From the NCBI GenBank assembly GCA_023515725.1, contig JALDTO010000266.1, positions 1,943,608 to 2,007,607 on the forward strand: 64,000 nucleotides of DNA, written 5' to 3'. A program made the position numbers and the translations under genes. The notes under the pieces were generated by a model. It saw only the letters and a program-made list of their open reading frames with translations, was not told the DNA's origin and ran no database searches. This document shows, piece after piece, positions 25,628 to 40,357 of this stretch; within the stretch, counting starts at the first letter, position 1, and each line of letters opens with the position of its first letter. This DNA is from Amoeboaphelidium protococcarum X5. Taxonomy: Eukaryota > Fungi > Aphelidiomycota.

Positions 25628-26950
25628 TCATAAATTTTTTATTGCAGCGAGAATGTTCCTGCTATTCGGAATCTGAATAGAATTATGATCGCTCATTTAG
25701 AGTAACTTTTCCGTGGCGATCTAGCCTATTTGCTGAGGTTGCATCTATGCCACGTCCATATCTCCGAGAATTACCGCCACCATTCCACTGACTAACGCAG
25801 CAGATTGTGATGTGCCGCTAGTCATTGCAACTTGATTGTTAGAGAGGTAGTATGCACTCAGCAGATCTTGACCCGGAGCCCAGACTGTTACACACTGACC
25901 CAAATTTGACCATTAAGTGCGCGGTAACGATGTGCCGTCTTAAGTTGGGGCCAGTGCGCCAACTGTTATGACATTAGGCAAATTACCGGGTAAGAACTTG
26001 CAAGCTTCATCATTCTAATTACCAGCAGCTGCAACTACTACTACACCCAGTTGGATGATATCTTGAATGATCTGATTGACCATAGGATCCTCCTGGAACT
26101 GGATAGAAAGATTTACTACTGATTTAACTGGGCGACCTCCATTAAACGCGACGCGTCTTAAATGATCAGCTTTGATATAGTTCAGTCCTGCCAGCAGCAA
26201 AGATGTTGAACCCAAGCTCTGGGAATCTAGAATTTTGACACTGATAATCATTGCGTTCTTTGCAACTCCATTTATAGATCCAGCTATTAGGCCAGCATTG
26301 AATGTACCGTGGCCTTTCTAGTCACTTGAATCTTCATATGGGACCAGATTAATACCAGTAAATACTCGATCAACGGGAAGATCTTGATGCAAATTCACTC
26401 CAGTATCCATGACGTAGACTTAAACGCCCGACCCGGCAGATTAAGGAATCTGAAGTTGGTTATCAAGCAGCCCATCCGCCATATCCAATGCCCAATTCGC
26501 AATAGGCGTCTCAACCAGTCGACCAGGTGGTGACACCTATTTGGTAAACTAAAGCATGTCTTGAAATTGAACCGCAGAGAAATCTTAAGCAGCCTGAGCA
26601 ATAACCTAATCCTTGAGCACATTTTTGCACTTGTCTCTCTGTTTCAAGTCAGCGAGCACCTGTTCATTACACTGATTAGTGATGTAAGCATTAATCTCTA
26701 CCAATGGCTCCATATGAAGTTGATCAGCATCAGTCTCTTTATGATTTCTGAGATACTACTAGTGCTCGTTAAATAATCTGTAAAATGTCGTGTTGCTTGC
26801 ATCATTAGGAGTATCAAAGAAAATTACGCACTTATTCTAACACCCAAGCGTCGCGTTAGACTTTACAGCGATTGCCTCCACGAGGAGCTACGTTGATAAA
26901 AAACACAGCGCTACTATCTGGCCTATAATACTCTGCTTATGTCCTACCAT
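25628..26950 (-). CDS. Secreted subtilisin-like serine protease (S8, proteinase K type), 440 aa
   Basis: Signal peptide. Catalytic VMDTG, GHGT and SGTS; oxyanion-hole VAAAGN. Confidence 0.9.
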
Positions 26951-27688
26951 CTATAAATCTAATTATAATTAATATTTATCGATAAAGAGATCAACTACAC
27001 CGAGTGTTCATGAAGCTGCACAAGGCCGACGCGATGAAAAGTCATGAGGTAATGTCAACGAGTTGATACGTGGCACAAGCCTATGATTTCGTGGAGGTAA
27101 CACACGTGAAATTTTGTACTAACAATTAACTAAAGATTATAATGTACTGCCAAAGCCATACAACAAATTTCTTATGTCATGAAAGAATATGGAATTTAAA
27201 GAGATTAGTTTCTCCGTGATCTAAGAGAGATTGAAACATCTTCTGGCGATAGCTATAATGGAACAACTCATACATCACAAGGTGTGAGGCATTGACAAAA
27301 GGCGATAAAATAAGATCTGGCTCCACCAAATTCAATTTTCTCGGTATATTCAAACCTCCTCTATCATTTAAAAGTTATCGCAAGTGCAGAACACCACTTG
27401 CTGTTCTGAGTGATTCTATTGAGTGTGTTAAACACTTCTCCGACTTTTACCATCAGTTTCGACGCCACTCACCTAAACAGTTTCTCGTTTCGGATAGGAT
27501 TTGAAACGAATGTACAGTCAGTCATTTATTGCAGCCATTGAACAAGACTACTTTCTTTTCCGTTTTGAATTGATAAACATTTCGTTAATCTTGACCGTTT
27601 CACTCTTCATCTGAAATATATTATACACGGTTTATCCTACCATTCTATACCACTGTATATCCGCAGCACTTATTTATCTGGCTTAACA

Positions 27689-30343
27689 ATGACGCGTGAG
27701 TACCATCAAAATATTAAAAAATTACCTCAGGATGTGATCAATAAGATTGCTGCTGGTGAGGTGATACATCGTCCTAGTAATGCATTGAAGGAAATGTTGG
27801 AGAACAGTATTGATGCTGGTGCTGACCGTATTGATGTTATCGTGAAGGATGGTGGATTGAAGATGATGTAAATTACTGATAATGGACATGGTATTGCGCT
27901 TGAAGACTTGCCATTGCTATGTGAACGTCATGCCACCTCTAAACTGGAAACATTTGAAGACTTGCTGGGCGGGAAAGTGTCAACTTTTGGTTTCAGAGGA
28001 GAGGCTCTGGCCAGTATCAGTCACTGCGCCAAAGTCACTGTTATATCCAAGACTGCTGATAGTTAATGTGCATATCGAGCGTGGTTTGCTAATAACAAGC
28101 TTATATCGGATCCTTCCTCTAAATTTGCGGTTAAAGAAGCGCGTCCACAGCCATGTGCCCACTCTGATCCTCATGGAACCGTGATCACTGTTGAGGATTT
28201 GTTCTATTCACTGCCAATGAGAAGGAAGGCATTCTCCAACACGGCTCGTACGTATAGTGAAGAGCATGCCCGCATAGTCGAAGTTGTCTCCAAGTATGCA
28301 ATCCATTATCCTCACATCAAATTTACTTGTAAGAAGTAAGGCTCATCTTTCGATGTAAATACTCTATAGCCTCCGACCTGTGATGAGCGTTCCCGGATTG
28401 CTGTTATCCAGAACATTATTGGGAAAAGTTCTACTTTGAAAATGAAAACTCTTCATCTGGACAAACCTGAACTTTATCTCAGTGTCAACTCTATTGTTAG
28501 TGACCCGGCTTAACCACTTGAATCCAGCCTCAAGTCTAAACTGGTCCTATTCATCAATAATAGACTGGTGGAAAGTAATTCTATTCGCAAAGCTGTCGAA
28601 GCCGTCTATAATGGTACTCATAACAATGAACATTTTTCTGCCCAGTCTAAAGGATCAAAGTAGTCTTACTGGGTGTATTTATCGCTGCAGATTGATCCTC
28701 GGCGCATTGATGTCAATGTCCATCCTACTAAACGCGAGGTTCAGTTTCTTAATGAAGTTGAAATATGTCAGAGCTTATCTTCATGGATGATCTCCTGTTT
28801 ATTTTCATCGTCTGACTAAGCATAGCGAACGTTGGCAAAGGTTCCCGTGACACTACAGAAGTCGATTCCTTAAAATGCTTCGCTGTAATCGAAGCCGGTA
28901 ACTACATTATCAGGCGAGTCGACCTAATCATAAATTGGCAGAGTAGATAAGCCATAAATCTAGTATGTGGAAAGGTCTTCTCCCCCTAGCCAAATTCATC
29001 GGGATTCTGCCTTATCTGGATCATCTTAAATCCCTTAAAAGACGTCGTCTTTAATTGCTACATTCTCGAATCCTAATCCTGCAAAGTAAGTACGCACAGA
29101 TTCCTCGGTATAAAAGCTCGACTCTTTTGCTGGGTTTGGATCTTCTTAGTCCAGGCCTCAAGTGTGGAAAGTTCCTCAGCCATCTCCAGTGCGTGACAAT
29201 GTTCAACGTTAAAGCATAGCTGATCCGTTCAGAAGTTTTCAGTAAACTCTTCCTCCGCGACCAAAGTAAATACTTGACGATTCAGATTCTGCTGTTAAGC
29301 GTTCTTCTATGGACTTTTAAGAGCCTCAGGTCTTAGCAGGAGTAATATCAAAGCGCGCAAAGGAGACTCTGTTAGACACGAGTAACATTGCGCCAGTAGC
29401 TATTAAGTAAGCTTTGCCAGATGATCAAATTTCTGATATCGTTAGTAATGTCAGCACTATAACAAGGCAAGATTTGGTCGTTGGTCGTAGGGAAGAGTAT
29501 ATTCCAGCGTAAAACTTTGACAGCGTCCCTGTTCATGATAGCATCAATTCTAATCTGAGTATCAAAGAACGCAAAGAAGTTAATCTCGCATCAATAAAGA
29601 ACCTGCGTTAGTAATTCATTGAGTCGGCTGATCAGAATATCGGCAGCATGTTACAGAGTCACACTTTTGTTGGTGTGATGGATGATAAGAATGCATTGGT
29701 ATAGTTCGATACTAAACTGTTGAAGGTTAATTATTGCGAAATTTCGTATGATTTTTTCTATGGGATTACATTACGAGATTTTAGTAACTTTGGTGCATAT
29801 GTGCTATCTTCTCCTGTGAAAGTACAAGATCTCATCTTAATGGCTTTGCGTAGTTTGATTAAATGTGGGGCTTAACTGGAATTGCCTCAAGAGCTCACTA
29901 CGGACTAGTTGATAGCTGAGCTATCCAGTTGCCTGATTCATCACTCCGCGATGTTTCAAGACTATTTCGCGATTGCTATCACAGAAGATGGTTCGCTGAA
30001 AAGCATACCATTGCTTATCAAAAATTACATCCCGAATCTGGCCAAGTTGCCTCTCTTCATTCTCCGTTTGGCCTCTGAAGTTACCTATGATGACGAAGAA
30101 ACTTGCCTGCAAGCCATTTGTCATGAACTTGCTCAGTTCTACCAGACTGAAAGATTCTCTCCTCAACAGTCAGTTGAGGATTATCACAAGATGGTCGAAT
30201 TAGTGTTGTTCGATGCGTTTAAGTCTCAATTAGCAAGTGGGCTATCTAAATCGTCTGGTATTTGTATATCCAAAGATAAAGCATCTGCAATTCAAGAACT
30301 GGCTGAATTATCAAAGCTATATCGCGTCTTTGAACGCTGCTGA
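27689..30343 (+). CDS. MLH1: DNA mismatch repair protein MLH1, 884 aa
   Basis: [45 protein letters not shown]-terminal FERC. Confidence 0.97.
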
Positions 30344-30929
30344 TTCTCCTATACGCGCAGATAATAATGAATTATGCATCAAAGTTGCCTAGCTATGCCT
30401 CTCATCATTATATCCTACTTTGCATTATAAGTAAGTACAGATAAAATAATTATCTGAACCTCAACTTCTATAAACTTTTAAGCTCAAAACTACTTACTTC
30501 TTGTACTTTATGCGAATATCGATGATAAGTTGTATCCCATTCCATACATTTACTATAGTCTGTTTCAAATACTTTAAATTAAGTTGACAAATTAAATTTG
30601 ATTTACAGAAATTCAGATTTGGCACTTTTCTAGACTATCTTGAAAGGCGACAAGTCTTCAACTTGATTAATGAGTATATCAGAACGCTCGCTAAATTAGA
30701 GTGTAATGGTACAATCCTTCTAAGCCGTCCGCAGTATGTCTTGCTTTGGCTGGGTGGCATACAAAAGTATGACCCTTTTAAATGATTTTCATATCAATCG
30801 AATCCATAATTTATAATATACATGACTAGATAAACTACTGAGAAGTTGTATGATAATCCTGAAGTGATATTCCAGTATATCCCATTTTTGATCTCCAACC
30901 AGATCAATGGCAAACAGTGTGAATGTTCA

Positions 30930-32600
30930 CACGTATGTTTGTGTCTATGAGGGAGGGGGGCGTGTGGGGGTGAACAACCAAACAAACTGGTTCTACTCTC
31001 ACAAGGTGGAGTTGGTTCGCGCGTTCACTTCTTATCCTCATACAACTCTGAAGAGAGGACCCACCGGTTTAGAGGACATAATTTAAGGAAGCATCTGATC
31101 AGTACGACTCTCAATTCTTTGGGAGCTACCAACTTGGGTAAGCATCTGTAAATTTAGCTCTACTTACCGAATGACAGTGTCATTCCGATCGATGTGGACT
31201 TGTGTATTGTATATCCTCACTCTCTTCTTTGTTTGCACATTAAGTGTTGCTCCTCTCCTCTCTCCTATCTGTCTGTCTGGCTCTCCTCTTTCTCTGTACC
31301 CCCACCAACCTGCAAGTTCGGTCACAATCAGAGCTGCTCTCTATTAGTCGGAGGTGCTGAGTTCATATGATGTCAACCCCAGTTCAGATCGTCTTACCAA
31401 TGCATGATTTATTGTGCGGTATTTCATCCACTGAAATAGGACAACAACTGATCACAAAGCAGGCTCGAGATGGATGTTGGGAGTCTTGCCCGTTGTTCCT
31501 GAAACCGGTAGCTTCTGGCCCTGCTCTTATATGTGCTAAAACCTATTGGTAGTCTCGTTTGAGCGTTAGTTTCGGAGTGGGGTTCAAAGCAAGTGGTGGC
31601 TCAAGAAGGAAGCTTGGAGCACTTCCGTCCACTATCTTGATTGCCTGCTCGACATGGTCTGGTCGGGCGGCTCCAGCTACTATACTCGTAATTAATCAGC
31701 GTGTGCCTAGTATGCTGATGGGTGAGGCCTTGCCGCAAGTACGACATTGGTGGCTTATACAACTTGGTGCTGTTGGTGCCTCCAATGTCTGGCCTCGCCG
31801 GTAGAATGAGTCCGAGTGTAAGTCTGGTTTCCTGTTTTGTCGCCATGCGTCTCGTTAACATTCATACCATGCAAGTTTTATCTGCATGCGACCCAAGGGC
31901 CCTGAATAAGTTCCTACAGGGGACCTCTTTCAGCTGAATCCGGTCTGTATGTAGGTACATCCAGCTTGATGTCGGACGCTTAGTACAGCGGGTGCAATGC
32001 GTCAGAGTCGCTGAGCGAGAGCCCGCCGAAACCCCATCGACATCTGCTGAAGCAGAGTTTGCCTCAAGAACGTCATTACGATGCAATATATGGTGCTGGG
32101 CATTCGGATGACGGGCAACTTTGGGCAGCATTGACCGTGGGGGACTTTGCTGCCAAACTCTATTACATTCTGGTAGATGGTATTGGTATGGATGGCTCTC
32201 GGTAAGGGGATACCTATTTACTTACTCTCTGTGTCTGCGTGTATGATGTGTTATCTCTTTGAATGGTTGCGATGTAGATTCTTCATATACCTCCTGCCAT
32301 CATTTAATACAAGTGGTCGCTGAATACCTCCGGACTGATGTAAGTATTTGGCCATGGTATGGTACAATGTATTTTAAGACTGGCTGACTGTGTAGATTGC
32401 GTGTTGAAGGATTCCTCTCTCCGTCAGTACAGTAGTTTTTGTAAAGTTGGTGGCTGAGTGCAACTACTTGCCGTCAATCATATCATGAAGCACTCAGTCA
32501 CCTTCTCGTATGTATTTGTACATTTTTATGACGAGGGTGATCTTAATATATTTATCCCCATCATACATACGTATCTTGTTTCATACATTATTCAATGTTT
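30930..32600 (-). mobile_element. Highly degenerate repeat, possibly the 3' part of a second non-LTR element
   Basis: GC-richer island with broken ORFs, a frameshifted C-x2-C...H pattern (CRTCG / HTRHTLIN, ~31690-31750) and GA-rich low complexity (31220-31300). No RT motif recognised. Confidence 0.3.
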
Positions 32601-33009
32601 ACAGAGTATTTGATCATCATCTTTACATCTCTAACTGAGTGCAAACGCGATAATGATGATGCATTGAGAATGATAATAATACCACCAGTAAGTAATAGTG
32701 ACTTTGAGACCCCATGCAGATGACCCAATAGCTACAGGTATAAAAAGACTCGTTTCAAGGAATGTAGTATCTACCAGACGAGTAATGTATAAACCATACG
32801 TACTGTACATCGACGATGAAACGCGTATTTTGTGGCACTTGATTGCCTTGAGCTTTTTCTCGCGTCTCCAAACTCTTCTTCCTCTTTCATTGACTTTTTG
32901 TATTGCAGAGAAGTCCTAGTAGATTGTGTATATATTTTGCATCAAGAATTACATTTAAATTTTTATATTGCTTCAAATAGTTTAACACACATATATATAT
33001 ATATATACT

Positions 33010-35103
33010 ATGAACAGTGAGGCGTTGAAAGAGTTTAATAAACGTGAATTGTTGGACATTATAGACAGTGTGGGTGGAGTTAAGGCTCTTGTTATAGATC
33101 CTTCCTTGTCTGGTCCTCTCTCTCTTATGGTGGGATATTCCGTTCTGAAGGAGCATGGAATTGAAAAGATTTATCTTCTTGATGGACCTGAATTGCAGAC
33201 TGACTGTGCTTCTATTCTGTATCTCACCAGAGGCAGTGTTCATTTAATGAAGTTGATTAGTTAGCAGGTGAAGGGATTGATCCGCTAGTCAACTCCCCCT
33301 CGTTCTACCTCTCATCCAGACGGTATAGATTAAAGCAGTGGTAGTAATTTCGCATCTAATGCACCAGACTCAGAATAGTTAGATAGAAATTTCAAGGTTA
33401 TATTCATCCCTAAACGATTATCTGCATGCGAACGAGTGTTGGAAGATTCTGGTGTTCTTGCAGACGTGTCGATTAGTGAGTTGCACCTGGATTGGATACC
33501 ATTGGCGGATGATGTATGGTCTTTGGAAATACCTCGACTCTTTCCTGATTTGTATATAGATGGAGACACTACTTGCTTGTATGATGTCGCCAAATCATTA
33601 ATGAAGATTCAGCATATGTATGGCCTGATTCCTCGTATACTCGGTCTTGGTGCTAATGCTCAGATTGTGGCTGATTTGGTAAAGTAAATGCGAGAAGAGC
33701 ATGGTCTAGATGAGCATTATACATCTCAGTCTCTGTCATCACAGTCTCTACCGCAGTTGGATTGTCTGTACGTGTTTGATAGAACCGCTGATATGTATAC
33801 TCCCCTACTGACTGGTCTTACGTATGAATCGCTGGTTAATGATTTCATTGGTATCAATAATGTTAGTGTGGAGATTGATCATCGCGTGGCCAAATCTATT
33901 CAACCTGGTGAGAAGCAGAAACACTCTCTCAGTCGGTAGAATGATGCTTTGTATGATGATTTGAGATGCCTAAACTTTGTCAGTGTTCCCGCTGTGTTAA
34001 ATAGTGTGGCTAAAGAGATTAGTTCTGATTATTAGCAAAGAGATCAGGCAAAGACTGTGAGTCAATTGAAAGATTTTGTGAATAAATTGGGTGGTCTTAA
34101 AGTCAAGTAGTCGTCCCTAAGTGTTCATGTGGCTATGTGTGAGTATATACAACGTGTGACGGGTGATCGAAAGTTTAGATTGATGCTGGAGTATGAGCAG
34201 AATGCTTTGATAGGATAACTTGATTAGTTTCTGGACTAGTATTTAGAGGCGTTGATTTATAGTGGCGAAACTTCCATATATGAGGTGATGCGGTTGTTGT
34301 GCTTGTAATCAATCACTTCACCCTCAGGCGGCTTGAAGAGTAAAAGTATTGAACTATTACGGACTGCTATTTTGTAGTAATATGGATACTAATGCGCATC
34401 TCTGTTTGATATTCTTGAAAGCAGATTGAATCTTTTGGCATAGAATGGAGGAGGTAAAGCCAAGAATAATGTACAATTGCTCAAGGATAGATTGAAATTG
34501 GTCATGGAGAATGTTAATGAACAGGAACCAGATGATATGTCTTATGTCTACTCTGGATACTTTTCACCTGTTCTGTGTCGCCTTGTGGAAGTTATGTAGA
34601 AGAATCGTTTTTAGAATCAATAAATTGGATCAGATCAGGCTACAGCCTTGTAGAAATAATAGTCATTGCCAAAGGAGCAGCAGAGTCCAATTGAGAAGTA
34701 GTAATAGTCTTATGTGTCGTAAATTATGAGTCGACGGAAGTAGAATTAAAGAGCCGGTACTGACGTTTGGAATGGTCTCACCGAAGTGATTAATTCTATT
34801 GGCCTCACCAAGGTGGAAGAATATTAGTAGCCTCCAAAAGGCTCAGTTGCGTCTTAATAAATTGCCCCAAATGCTACTTCTTTTGGAAATGTTGCTGGTA
34901 ATAGAAGTAGAAATGTTCTCGTTCTATTCCTGGGTGGTTGCACATATTCCGAGTTGGCAGTTATAAGGTACCTTAATAGTCGGTCCTAGACGGAAGAGTA
35001 TGTGGTGCTCACTACATCTATGCTCAACGGTGTTAAACTAATGGAAACAATAAGCGATGCATCTGGATGTAACTGGCAATCTTTATCATCATCATCTCAA
35101 TGA
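33010..35103 (+). CDS. VPS33: Vacuolar protein sorting Vps33 (Sec1/Munc18 family), 697 aa
   Basis: KALVIDPSLSGPLSL, FIPKRLSACERVLE, DRTADMYTPLLTGLTYE, FLGGCTYSE. Confidence 0.93.
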
Positions 35104-35235
35104 TTAAATTAATACAACCTGAACTTTAATACTTCCGATAAATGTGATATATTTTTTAAATTATAGATTGTATATTTCCTCACATACTTAAAAAGTATCA
35201 CTCTCTGAGGACCAGTCGTCGACATTGTACCTAAA

Positions 35236-38200
35236 TCATAACGTTGGATTAATTGCGCAGTAGATGACATCATCTTTTAAATCATGAAGTAGATCCAGTA
35301 TAGTCGCCATGGACCATGCCTGAGATGGGCAAGAATCGAAACACTCTGCGCCATCCTAGTTTGTCAGTTCAGGTAGGCCAGCATAAGGACTCAACTCAGT
35401 CATCATTATTCTGTGTGGATGCAAAATACGCTGAATGGTGTGGATCAACTTACAATCCACCATTGACTTGCGTGATTCCTCAACATCCTCCTACTTCACC
35501 TTCAATACACCATTCTTTCGGAACTTGTACAAAGCCTTCAAGAAGAATCCTAGCACCCACACCCATTCTGGCCCTTGATGATAATTGGCTCCATGTGCAA
35601 CAGTGGGATCACTACTATCATCACTGTTATGATAATTACCGCGATATTCAGGATCGTCCGAGTCCAGAGTTTTCAATCCCAGAGGACCAAGTAAATACTT
35701 ACCAACAAGAGACAAAGCTACATAAGCGTGTTCTCTGTTGAACATCTCTGGGGCCACAGCCATAGCGACCACAAGATTTGGGCGGAATTGATAATCACCA
35801 TGAGCCTTCGAGGCTCCAACAGTGTCTTTATAAATACCACGCCTTTGTACCGACTGCTTGTCAATCACATACTTTGCATCATCCTCTTCAGATAGTGGAA
35901 TATAGAAGTGCTTCTCAAAACTGTCCATCAGCAGTCTATCCCACTTCTCGTAAGCCAATACGTCACCATTGGCCAATTTAACTCCACCATAAAATTTACC
36001 CTTCCTATGCAACTGTGACAACCAGCGCACGGTGCTCTTCAACAAGCCAATAATTTCAACATCAGCACCATCACGCGGCGTTGAAGGATACCCGAAATTA
36101 CCAGCCTTCTGCGAGTCTCCCATCTTGTCCATCCAAGTGCCGCAATTCCACTGATTTCCACCATAAATCAGTCCGGTGGCAGGATCAAAAGTAATATCGA
36201 CATTAAATCCTTAATCTTACATTGCATGATCCAACTGAGAGCCAGCATTCCACTCACGGAAGGATATACCTTAAGCATGTTTTTACATGATAGCTTGCAA
36301 TATATCACGCAACTTCATAACCTTGGAATAAGCTCTCGGATCGTTCCAATCGACATACTCATCGTCATCAAATCTCATCTTCACATCCTCATCCAGGATA
36401 GATAAGCCATTGTCGACAGCCTCGCAATAATCTTACACAGCCTGGCAGAACCACCACACAGCATCTCTTGCGTTATACCTCGGTTTACGAGATGAATCCA
36501 AAAGATTAGGTAGTAATCCATGCTTCATTGTACTGGCAAAGGCGAGTATATGCGATTTAGCTACATGATGTAGACCAGTCACCAGATAAAGACCTTTCAT
36601 AGATATAAACACATCCCGTCCCCAGCATCTCATATATTCTGTAGAGAAATGCGGAATACCGGCAGATACACATGCGACACTCTAATGAGGATACAGACCA
36701 GTGGATGGGACTTGGCCATACATCTAAATAGCACCATACGCCAATTATCTTGTGAACCTATTCGAAGTTTTTACAAAGTCAGACATCAGCGATAGACAAT
36801 GTGTTAGAGAGTAATGCATAACAGTTGACACTATAATATTGAAGTACTTGGGGAACAGAAAGTTGGGAATCTACTTGACCAATTCAAAGCGTTCCTAAAG
36901 CCAAGCAGCAATCTTTCCCAATTTCTGGTATTGGTCCTTCTCAGAATAACTTTTCAACCTGTTCACAATGTAATCCATTGCCCAGGTGCCTTGGCGCAGA
37001 TGATCACAGAATGGGTGGCTTAGATTGTTCTACTTTGCGATACGGCGCATCATCCAGCCAAATCCATGAATACCAGCAAACGGCAATGCTCCATGTCCAG
37101 GCACAGTATAGACACCATTACCATTGTTCTTGTCGCGCTCCTCAGCATCGCAACAAAACAGCAAGGCATTCAGCTCTACCAGAGACAGGTCTTGCAATGA
37201 ACCCAGTAATCCTGGGACATTCTGACGAATTATACCATCCAAATACCAAGATCCATGCACCACAGCATTCATTAGAGTCCTAAACTATTGCATTGCAATA
37301 CGAGTATCAGCGTACATATCAGTCTCCAAGAGTATGACCGAACCAGGAGGGAAATCTAGAGGTTAAATCCTGATAAAGAATCCCAGCTAATCATGCCCAG
37401 TACTAACATCTGCCATTCCAGGTATCAAATCATCCGGAGAGAATTACAGATGCGATGGGAAACCATTAATCACCTTAGAATCATACTTGTACAAATCGGT
37501 CTACACGTGCAATTTGGCAGACAATAAAGGCTTAAAACTGGTATTCCTCAACACGATAGGCTGCGCTGCATGCTAAGAAGAGTCACGATATGCACATCTT
37601 GCTATCAATAAGTATCCATGATGAGTCAAAGGATGTTATCGATAGACAGAAATAATGTCTTCCTATTAATTAACATGAATCTCAGAGTACCCCTTCTGTC
37701 CCATGAGATAATGCAAGCGCGCAAATATACGCTTCACTTCAAAAATGCCAACATTACGCTGTGCTGGTGCATAAGCTCTGCTCTCAGTTACAATATTCAA
37801 ATTATACGGCACCAACTCATCGAAACCACGAACACTTCCCACAGCACAATTGGCCATCGCTACCAAAGCTGATGTGCTCAATGCATCAACAGCCGTGCGC
37901 TTCTAGTATGGCGTTTCATTATCATGTGTACAGTCCATAAACAATGCATGTGGACTGGAACCATTCAACTGGTAAACTACTTCTTTCTGATGAAGGTCAG
38001 TGTAACTCTAATCAGGCTGCATCGAGTAATCGCCTTAAGAAGAAGCAACTATATCTGCTACATCTTCAGGGACAGATTCCGGTTAATTCGTAACGAGACT
38101 CTTCAATAGATTAGCATTAGATACTGATCGAGATCTGGCTCTACTTCTTCGCCCACTTTCATCAGGATCATCAATCGGACCAACAGCCAAACGACTCTAC

Positions 38201-40167
38201 GGCAGATCCACCGGCACCCTTTTATCAAACCAAACTTGGCCATTAACAGTGGAGAAAGACTCCATCACAGGTGAATTAATATCAGCGGCTTCATGACCAA
38301 CCAGTGCTAGTGGAAGATAATCAGCTTTCAAAGTCATAGACCCCACAGGCTGGCCGCCATATTTGTGCAACAGTCTACTAAACTCGGTCGGATTCCAAGC
38401 ATTCATAGCTTCTCTAATCAGGCTGTTGATCCCCAGCTTTGATACAAACGTCTTATCTCTATCCTCAGAGCCAGTAAATAGCTCAGCAATCACGTACAGA
38501 TCCGGCCTTATAAGGCGCGCCTGATCCAAAAAATACTGTGCCACATGAATCGGCGTAGAATGACAGTTATCAATTCGGAAACCATGAAAGTACTTGGCCA
38601 TAAGTTTAGTATAGGTACCCATGTGCTACCAAAGCCATGGGTTATGATCAGGTCCCTGACCATACCTCAGCTTTACACAATCACCCCATGGAATCACTTC
38701 TCGGATCAGGTATGACTTGGACTATGGACCAGCAAAATCAACCAATGGATCAGCGTTCCAAATCCAGCCATTATTAGCGACTATCAGAGCATCATCAGGT
38801 ATGCTCTAATTGGTTGATGTTCTATCAACTCTGGTAAAGTAGGGACAGACAATAGGCGATTCCTTTGACACAGCACCCATCTATGGGCCGTGCTCATTCA
38901 AGCGCTCATAGCGAACTCGATTCTTAATATTGTCTATTATAGTTAACACGTCACGGTCATATTCATGATAAAATGCAATGTTGACTTGATCTATAAATCT
39001 AACAATATCCTCTAGACCACTACCTAAACTCAATTTACCGCTAGCAAGAACCTCCTCTAAATTAAGTTTCTTACCAAATCTAACACCTTGACAGACTTCA
39101 ACAAGATTATCGCCTGTACTGTTCTTTGCTTTCAAGCCACCATCCTAAATAGAAGAAGATTCTTCGCGAATGGCATTATAAACTCTCTATGATTCACTTT
39201 TAACATCAAGTACATAATATTCCCATAACCTCAATTCAGACAATTTCTTCTCTTTGAACACAGCCAAAAATCTATCTATATCTGCATCATTAGTCACATC
39301 ACCACTCAGACCATTTGATTTTAAAGAAGCAGAAAACTCAGCCAAAGCTTAGTCCAATTCATAAGCCGGTCTCAAATGGGGCGAATTGATCAAATTATAT
39401 CCAGCCTCTGGATGCTGCTGCAGCCAAGCACTATTGTGTGCAGTGTGATTCCACACAATATCAGTGATACTTAGTACACCCAAGTTGCGCTAGAAATGTT
39501 AAATTTCACGATCAAGCAATTGAAACTTATCTTCTGAGGCTGTACCAGACGGAAATAAATCATCAGACAATTCGAGCTAATCGAAAATAGAATACGGAGA
39601 ACCAGATTCACCGCGCTGTTACATGGGCACAAAATGGATCATATTGTAACCGCCTTCACTGATCCACTGAATCTGCTCTCTCCACCCTTCAATAGATCCC
39701 ATCCATTTCGGGACCAAGGTTAATAGAGCAATAGAATCCATATGCATAATCTTGGTCAAATCATTACCATCCATAGAACTATGCTCAGCAAGACGATTGT
39801 TCAAACCAAGTCTCGGATCAACGATAAAAAATCCAGTCTCACTCCTAGTCATTCCTGCGGCAGTCTCAGATTCGATGTAATACTCAAAAGCACCAGCTTG
39901 AGTGATCACAATATCACAAAATCCATCTCTTAAAAAATCATAATCAAACTAGATATCATAGAATTGATGTCTATCAAAAGGCTTACCATCCACAGGATAG
40001 TTCGTTTTAAAGCATCCCTGACGCAGCACTTCAGCACCAGCTGGAACAATGAAACGTAACAGGTATGGAGCATGAGCATTAGGAGGCGGAAGCCTGATAA
40101 AAGATCTAGCATAATCCGGGGATCCATTAGTCTCCAGATGTAGAATGAAAACCGTCTATAAGCTCAT
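35236..40167 (-). CDS. GDB1: Glycogen debranching enzyme, 1643 aa
   Basis: [10 protein letters not shown][TAA][61 protein letters not shown]. Confidence 0.97.
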
Positions 40168-40357
40168 AATTATTATGATAGATGATGATGACAGTATATC
40201 TTAGAGATCTGGTGGGAATAACAACGAGATCGAGAGCGTTTAAGAGACAAGAAAGAAAGTGTGAACGAGAGACTGCGAATTGAATGAGACAACACACGAG
40301 AGAGAGAGAGAGTCATCTGTTTAATATTCAGGGATCTTTTAGATTAACCTTCATGAG

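Noticed and set aside
27180-27520. Broken minus-strand reading frame between the subtilisin and MLH1
   Set aside because: Interrupted by TGA codons with no motif, so it cannot be supported as a gene.
31780-31830. HS..RRG-like tyrosine recombinase motif
   Set aside because: It needs frameshifts, and the other catalytic residues were not found.
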